From: Nitrospirales bacterium
GTDB lineage: Bacteria > Nitrospirota > Nitrospiria > Nitrospirales > UBA8639
Length of the DNA: 64,000 nt
Assembly: GCA_965223295.1 (NCBI GenBank)
Contig: CBDCWC010000003.1
Coordinates: 608,001 to 672,000, forward strand
Reading direction: 5' to 3'
A program made the translations under genes and the position numbers. Position 1 is the first letter of the stretch; the number at the start of each line of letters is the position of its first letter. The notes under the pieces are model-generated. The model was not told the DNA's origin and did not search any database. It saw nothing but the letters and a program-made list of their open reading frames with translations. Below, piece by piece: positions 58,779 through 64,000 of the stretch.

Positions 58779-61370
58779 CTACAATTTCGCGGCTTCCTCC
58801 TCCACTACATACGCTTCCAAAACATCACCAAGCTTCAAATCATTAAAATTTTCGACCCCAATTCCACATTCATACCCTTGCTGTACTTCACGGGCATCGT
58901 CCTTAAAACGGCGCAATGACCCAATTTTTCCTTCGTACACAGTGACTTGATCTCGTACGACACGTACCTTCGTATTGGTTCGTGATATGATCCCGTCACT
59001 CACATAACAACCTGCGATGGTTCCCATCTTCGGCACTGAAAACAGTTGGCGAACTTCAGCATGACCGACAATACGTTCTTTAACTGTAGGAGCCAACAGG
59101 CCTTCAGCAGCAGAACGAATATCATCAAGTACATTATAAATAATAGTGTAGAGACGGATCTCTACGCCTTCACGTTCGGCAATATTGGCAGCTTTGGAAT
59201 CCGGACGAACATGAAAACCAATAATAATGGCTTTTGACGCAGCAGCCAGCAAAACATCCGATTCGTTAATACCACCAACTCCACTATGAATGACTTTCAA
59301 TTTCACAGCCTCGGTTGAAATCTTTTGCAGGGCATCACCTAAGGCGCCCACCGATCCCTGCACATCAGCTTTGATGAGCACTGGTAATTCTTTGATTTCG
59401 CCATCTTGCGTTTCCGCATACAAATCATCCAAGGTCATCCGTGACGAAGTGGTAAAACTCATATCTTTTTGCTTCTGCACTCGTGCTTCCGCAATAGCCC
59501 TGGCAGCCCGTTCATCCTTGACCACAATCAATTGATCTCCAGCTTCCGGCACCCCCAAAAGACCAATCACTTCAACGGGCGTGGAAGGACCAGCTTCTTT
59601 TAGACGTGCTCCTTTGTCCGATGTCAGCCCTCTGACACGTCCACTTACCGAACCGACAACAAACGTCTCACCGACTTTCAACGTTCCACCCTGAACTAAT
59701 ACTGTAACGACCGGGCCGCGCCCCTTATCTAGCTTGGCCTCTAAGACAACGCCGCGGGCAGAACAAGCAACATCGGCTTTTAATTCCATCACCTCAGCTT
59801 GAAGCGACAACATATCAAGCAGACTATCTAAACCTCGACCTTCTTTGGCTGAGACCTCCACAAAAATGGTTTGCCCTCCCCATGATTCCGGAAGCAGCCC
59901 ATATTCCGCCAATCCTTGCTTGACTCGATCAGGGTTGGCCCCAGGCAAATCAATCTTATTCACGGCCACGATGATAGGCACATTCGCAGCTTGCGCATGA
60001 TTGACAGCTTCAATGGTTTGCGGCATCGGGCCATCATCTGCAGCTACCACCAGGACAACAATATCGGTGACCTGAGCCCCACGAGCTCGCATCCCGGTAA
60101 AGGCTTCATGTCCAGGAGTATCCAAGAACGTCACGCCTCGGTCGCCCACTTTCACAAATGATGCCCCAATATGTTGAGTGATCCCTCCAGCTTCTCGATC
60201 CGTCACTTGGGTTTTTCTGATCGCATCCAACAAGGACGTTTTTCCATGATCAACGTGCCCCATGACGGTGACCACCGGGAACCGAGGCTCCAACTTTTCT
60301 TTGCCACTTGGCTCTAAAATGTCCTCTAAAAGGGCCTCCCCCTCCTTCGGGACAACGGCTTCAACCGCAATGCCATATTCCTCCGCAATCAACACACCCG
60401 CATCAAGGTCCATGGGTTGATTCAGATTTTTTACAATGTTGAGATCCATAAGTTTCCGAATGATTTCGGTGGGTTTTTGGCCTAAAAGCTCGGCAAAGTC
60501 TTTAACGGAGAGACCCGCCGTGGCTTTGATCACTTTTTTACGAGGCTTGGTCGTTTCACCAGCCGAGGCCGGTTGGATTTGGCGAGATCGTTCTTCTCGA
60601 CGAAGCGTTGGGAGAGGACGAAGATCTTGCCATACTGCCGCGTCTTCAAACCTGGCAGCAAACATTTCTTCATTTTTCAGCCGAGGTCCTTTTTTGCCTT
60701 TTTTTATCTTCTCATCTGGTAAAGTTTCCCGGCCAGGAGAACCACCTTTTTTGTCTGCCTTCGCTTCACCATGCTTTTCTCGATGAGATGGTTTCCCGGG
60801 AAGAGGAATGTTTGTCTGCGCTTGATCCGGCGACAGAGTCGCCTCCGACATGCTCTGATCCGCTGCCGGAACATCAGATGGTGTGGAGGGGGGTTCAGAC
60901 GTCACATCTCCTAAGGCCGCCTCTCCAACCGTTACAGTCTCTTCGGCCTGAGAGACTACGTCCGTCAGGACAGCATCTTCTGTCTTTTCATCTTGTATTG
61001 AAGAAGTTTCTTGGACATCTTCAGGCGGCTCAACTTCCGTTTTTTTCTTTTTAATGAGGATATGTTTCTTCCCAGGCTTCTTAGTTTCAGAGGTTGGAGG
61101 AGCCGTGTCAGCCTTGGCAGAAGCTGCGCCATCTTTTTTCTGACGGCGCGCGCCCGTCTTTTTAGTCCCTGTCGCCTTGGACAAGGATCCTATGGGCACA
61201 GCACCTTTCGGAGCCTCCACCTTGCCTTGCAGCACATCAATCGCCCAGCGGGCCGCATCATCTTCTACCGCATTACTATGCGACGTCACTTGAATACCCA
61301 AACGCACCAATTCGGGAATCACGAGGCGACTCTCCATTCCAAGTTTCTTTGCTATCTCATGAACTCGCAT
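58779..61370 (-). CDS. infB: Translation initiation factor IF-2
   Basis: GHVDHGKTSLLD, DTPGHEAF, NKID. Confidence 0.98.
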   Translation of the reverse strand: MRVHEIAKKLGMESRLVIPELVRLGIQVTSHSNAVEDDAARWAIDVLQGKVEAPKGAVPIGSLSKATGTKKTGARRQKKDGAASAKADTAPPTSETKKPGKKHILIKKKKTEVEPPEDVQETSSIQDEKTEDAVLTDVVSQAEETVTVGEAALGDVTSEPPSTPSDVPAADQSMSEATLSPDQAQTNIPLPGKPSHREKHGEAKADKKGGSPGRETLPDEKIKKGKKGPRLKNEEMFAARFEDAAVWQDLRPLPTLRREERSRQIQPASAGETTKPRKKVIKATAGLSVKDFAELLGQKPTEIIRKLMDLNIVKNLNQPMDLDAGVLIAEEYGIAVEAVVPKEGEALLEDILEPSGKEKLEPRFPVVTVMGHVDHGKTSLLDAIRKTQVTDREAGGITQHIGASFVKVGDRGVTFLDTPGHEAFTGMRARGAQVTDIVVLVVAADDGPMPQTIEAVNHAQAANVPIIVAVNKIDLPGANPDRVKQGLAEYGLLPESWGGQTIFVEVSAKEGRGLDSLLDMLSLQAEVMELKADVACSARGVVLEAKLDKGRGPVVTVLVQGGTLKVGETFVVGSVSGRVRGLTSDKGARLKEAGPSTPVEVIGLLGVPEAGDQLIVVKDERAARAIAEARVQKQKDMSFTTSSRMTLDDLYAETQDGEIKELPVLIKADVQGSVGALGDALQKISTEAVKLKVIHSGVGGINESDVLLAAASKAIIIGFHVRPDSKAANIAEREGVEIRLYTIIYNVLDDIRSAAEGLLAPTVKERIVGHAEVRQLFSVPKMGTIAGCYVSDGIISRTNTKVRVVRDQVTVYEGKIGSLRRFKDDAREVQQGYECGIGVENFNDLKLGDVLEAYVVEEEAAKL

Positions 61371-61388
61371 GCCGCCCCTTTACGATGG

Positions 61389-62603
61389 CTAAGATTCCTC
61401 TGGAAGACTCTCTTTGGTGTCAACTAGTTTTGCATCCTCAACGGCTCCGTCATCAGCTTGACTAGTCCCTTCATCTGCCGCAGTCCCTTCTTCAGTCGAT
61501 CCTTCAGTAAGACTGGCGGTTTCTTCTGCCAATGCCGCTTTGATTTCCTGATCTCGCTCCAATTTTTCCTTCTCATATTCGGTCGAGCTAATAATGTCAA
61601 TCTTCCAACCGGTGAGTTTTGCTGCAAGTCGCACGTTTTGCCCATTTTTCCCAATGGCTAACGAGAGTTGAGAATCTGCAACCACGACGAGCGCCGACTT
61701 TTTTTGTTCATCGATGCCGACTTTTTCAATCGATGCAGGATTGAGGGCCTCCCCGATAAAGACGCGCGGATCATCCGTCCATGGAATAATATCGATTTTT
61801 TCACCACGCAATTCGCGGACTATGGCTTGAACCCGTGAACCTTTCACACCCACACAGGCTCCGACAGGATCGACAGCCTTGTCTCGCGAGGCCACCGAAA
61901 TTTTTGTTCGGTCTCCAGGTTCACGAACCACATTTTTAATCTCCACAATTTTTTCTGAAATTTCCGGCACTTCCAGGCCAAACAATTTCACAACAAACTG
62001 TGGATGCGCTCTCGACAAGATGACTTGAACGTCTTTCGGTGTACGGCGAACTTCGAGGAGCAACGCACGAACACGGTCTCCGCGACGATGGGCCTCTCGC
62101 GGAATCTGCTCCTGAACAGGAAGAAGCGCCTCTGTTTTTCCGATATCAACCAAGTAATTACGGCGTTCTTGCCCTAAAATGACTCCATGCACTAATTCAT
62201 TTTCTTTTTTTGAAAACTCCCGTTCAATGGACTCCCATTCTGCTTCCCGGACTTTTTGGCAAATCACTTGCTTCGCTGCTTGTGCTGCAATCCGCCCAAA
62301 ATCCTCCATCTCAATGAGAGAGCCAATTTCATCGCCCATTTCGGCCTCATCATCAATTTTTCGAGCTTCTTCGAGAGATATTTCAGTCTTGTCGTCAATG
62401 ACCTTTTCAGCAATCGTTTTCTTACTCACAATGGAGATTTCCCCAGAGTCCGTGTCAATGTCGACCTGGATATTATCCCCTTGTCCAAAGCGCTTTTTGG
62501 CTGCAGTCAACAGGGCCGATTCCAAGGCCGCAAGGACTTTCTCCTTTTCAATACCTTTTTCTCGACCAATTTGATCGATGACCGTCATGAGCTCACTTTT
62601 CAT
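61389..62603 (-). CDS. nusA: Transcription factor NusA
   Basis: FGRIAAQAAKQ, DPVGACVG, AIGKNGQNVRLA. Confidence 0.97.
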   Translation of the reverse strand: MKSELMTVIDQIGREKGIEKEKVLAALESALLTAAKKRFGQGDNIQVDIDTDSGEISIVSKKTIAEKVIDDKTEISLEEARKIDDEAEMGDEIGSLIEMEDFGRIAAQAAKQVICQKVREAEWESIEREFSKKENELVHGVILGQERRNYLVDIGKTEALLPVQEQIPREAHRRGDRVRALLLEVRRTPKDVQVILSRAHPQFVVKLFGLEVPEISEKIVEIKNVVREPGDRTKISVASRDKAVDPVGACVGVKGSRVQAIVRELRGEKIDIIPWTDDPRVFIGEALNPASIEKVGIDEQKKSALVVVADSQLSLAIGKNGQNVRLAAKLTGWKIDIISSTEYEKEKLERDQEIKAALAEETASLTEGSTEEGTAADEGTSQADDGAVEDAKLVDTKESLPEES

Positions 62604-62675
62604 GATTGTTCCTCGCAACTCACCATAGGAACAGCCCACCACAATCCAGGGCCGTTTGCACCACTGTTACCATGT

Positions 62676-63155
62676 CTAAAATTCCACCTCAATTTTTGCC
62701 TTGACAACCTGAGGCCAAACCACCGAATGCTCGATCAGTGTTTTGTTCCGATCATCCACTAAATGTATGCCTGTCTCGGTTACAGCCGTTAACCGTCCAA
62801 CAAGGGTAGCTTGCTCCGTATCGGTCTGAACAGTTACCCGAAGCCGTTGTCCTTGAACGCGTTGAAAATCTCTCGGAACTTTCAGTACCCGATCCAACCC
62901 AGGTGAGGAGACCTCAAATCGACAAATCGGCCCTGAGGGTTGAGTAATCTCCCAAGTCCTACGAAGTGATTGGTGGAATCGCTCACAATCGTCAATCCCC
63001 AAACCACCATCTTTATCAAGCGTCAGACGAACGAAAGGATTGCTAGGTTTTCCGGTCCATTGCACATCAAGAATTTCGACACCCAATGCCAGAGCAATTG
63101 GATCACCAACTTGGCGAATAACTTGACTCAGGTTCTCTGTCACGAGGGCTACCAT
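62676..63155 (-). CDS. rimP: Ribosome maturation factor RimP
   Basis: GIDDC, FEVSSPGLDR; first gene of the nusA-infB operon. Confidence 0.92.
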   Translation of the reverse strand: MVALVTENLSQVIRQVGDPIALALGVEILDVQWTGKPSNPFVRLTLDKDGGLGIDDCERFHQSLRRTWEITQPSGPICRFEVSSPGLDRVLKVPRDFQRVQGQRLRVTVQTDTEQATLVGRLTAVTETGIHLVDDRNKTLIEHSVVWPQVVKAKIEVEF

Positions 63156-63199
63156 AGACGCCGACCTCACAGGAAGACAAGCGGCTACAGTTATAGGCC

Positions 63200-63225
63200 A
63201 AAAAAAAGTGGGCTCACGCCCACTC
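63200..63225 (-). promoter_or_regulatory. rimP leader terminator/attenuator hairpin
   Basis: GAGTGGGC-GTGA-GCCCAC followed by a T-tract, ~45 nt upstream of rimP. Confidence 0.8.
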
Positions 63226-63428
63226 AACACTCACCACAGTAGCACTTTCTCAGTTCAAAGGCAAGATAAGGAGATCGGTCATTTTTGCCCAGTCTCAACC
63301 CCATTTCCTCCAAGGTCTCTCACAAACCCGTACAGGCGACATAGGCATAAGACTACCCCCATGATAGACTAATTTTTATGCAGAAAAGACGACATTTCCT
63401 TGATTGTAGCTAGAGAGGAATTTAGCAG

Positions 63429-64000
63429 ATGCCCACGATCATTTCTGTGGCTTCGGGTAAGGGCGGAGTCGGTAAAAGTATGGTGGTCAGCAACCTCGGA
63501 CTTCTGTTGGCCCGAAAGGGTCATCGCGTGATTCTCGTTGACATGGATATTGGAGGAGCTAATCTCCACATTCTCTTTGGAATGTTTCATCCTCCTTCAA
63601 CCCTTACCGACTTCTTTGCAAACCGGGCAACGAACCTTGAAGATATTGCCCATCCACTGGCCAGTCCCTTGGCTCTCCGGCTTATTCCGGGCACAGGGGA
63701 AACACTCGTGACGGCTAACCTGCAATATGCCAAGAAAAAACGTCTTATTCGACATCTCAAAAAACTCGATGCCGATATCGTCCTAGTCGATGTCGGAGCC
63801 GGCACGAGTTACCACACCTTAGACTTTTTTCTCCTTGCGGATTACTTTTTAGCAGTTGCGACACCAGATCCAACTTCCGTATTGGATCTCTATCGATTTA
63901 TCAAATTAGCAGCGATCCGAAAAGTGCTTTCCGCATTTTTGGCTCGTGATCCCATTGCTGAAGCGCTTCTCAATAAAAACTTTCACAGCATCACGGCAGT
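63429..64000 (+). CDS. MinD/FlhG(FleN)-like ATPase, 3'-truncated by window edge
   Basis: Translated by hand (absent from the ORF track): MPTIISVASGKGGVGKS...ILVDMDIGGANLHILFG...LVDVGAG. Confidence 0.88.
   Translation, partial: MPTIISVASGKGGVGKSMVVSNLGLLLARKGHRVILVDMDIGGANLHILFGMFHPPSTLTDFFANRATNLEDIAHPLASPLALRLIPGTGETLVTANLQYAKKKRLIRHLKKLDADIVLVDVGAGTSYHTLDFFLLADYFLAVATPDPTSVLDLYRFIKLAAIRKVLSAFLARDPIAEALLNKNFHSITA

Noticed and set aside
1-64000. CRISPR array or tandem repeat array
   Set aside because: No regularly spaced direct repeats with unique spacers and no cas genes; the repeats are dispersed.

Overview
Bacterial chromosomal window, probably from Nitrospirota (Nitrospirales). This is inferred from the aminotransferase-hom-thrC-apgM-like-lysC-cimA gene order and a MITE family resembling, from memory, Nitrospira intergenic repeats. 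The right ~60% is mostly housekeeping: mutM-phoH-ybeY-ftsY, a GT2/LAB_N/ArnT lipid A modification operon, ihfA-merR-tRNA-Pro(GGG), threonine/citramalate genes, pdxJ-nnr-tsaE-mutS and rimP-nusA-infB-rbfA-truB-rpsO-pnp. The left 21 kb is accessory: a decayed integron-like locus (IntI C-terminal remnant, DUF1772 pseudogene, AT-rich orphan gene), a stress/osmotic cluster (HerA-like ATPase, DUF2780, DUF2959, GlsB, YcbK, MscS, TM_helix channel) and an orphan DnaA-box/NrdR-box region. The best candidate for an undescribed system is a minus-strand module: coiled-coil protein, membrane protein with a cytoplasmic longin/roadblock-like domain and periplasmic OmpA-like domain, Rab-like small GTPase, and sigma54 activator with an unnamed N-terminal domain. 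Downstream lie a sigma54-type promoter (enhancer + IHF + -24/-12), an atypical receiver protein and a ~100-nt G-U-rich hairpin RNA candidate. Mobile DNA comprises one IS481-family element (7-bp TSD, clips a PAS gene) and eight copies (one partial) of a modular ~190-bp MITE, most with 5-bp TSDs. No CRISPR array or rRNA was seen. All calls come from reading the sequence; no searches were run.
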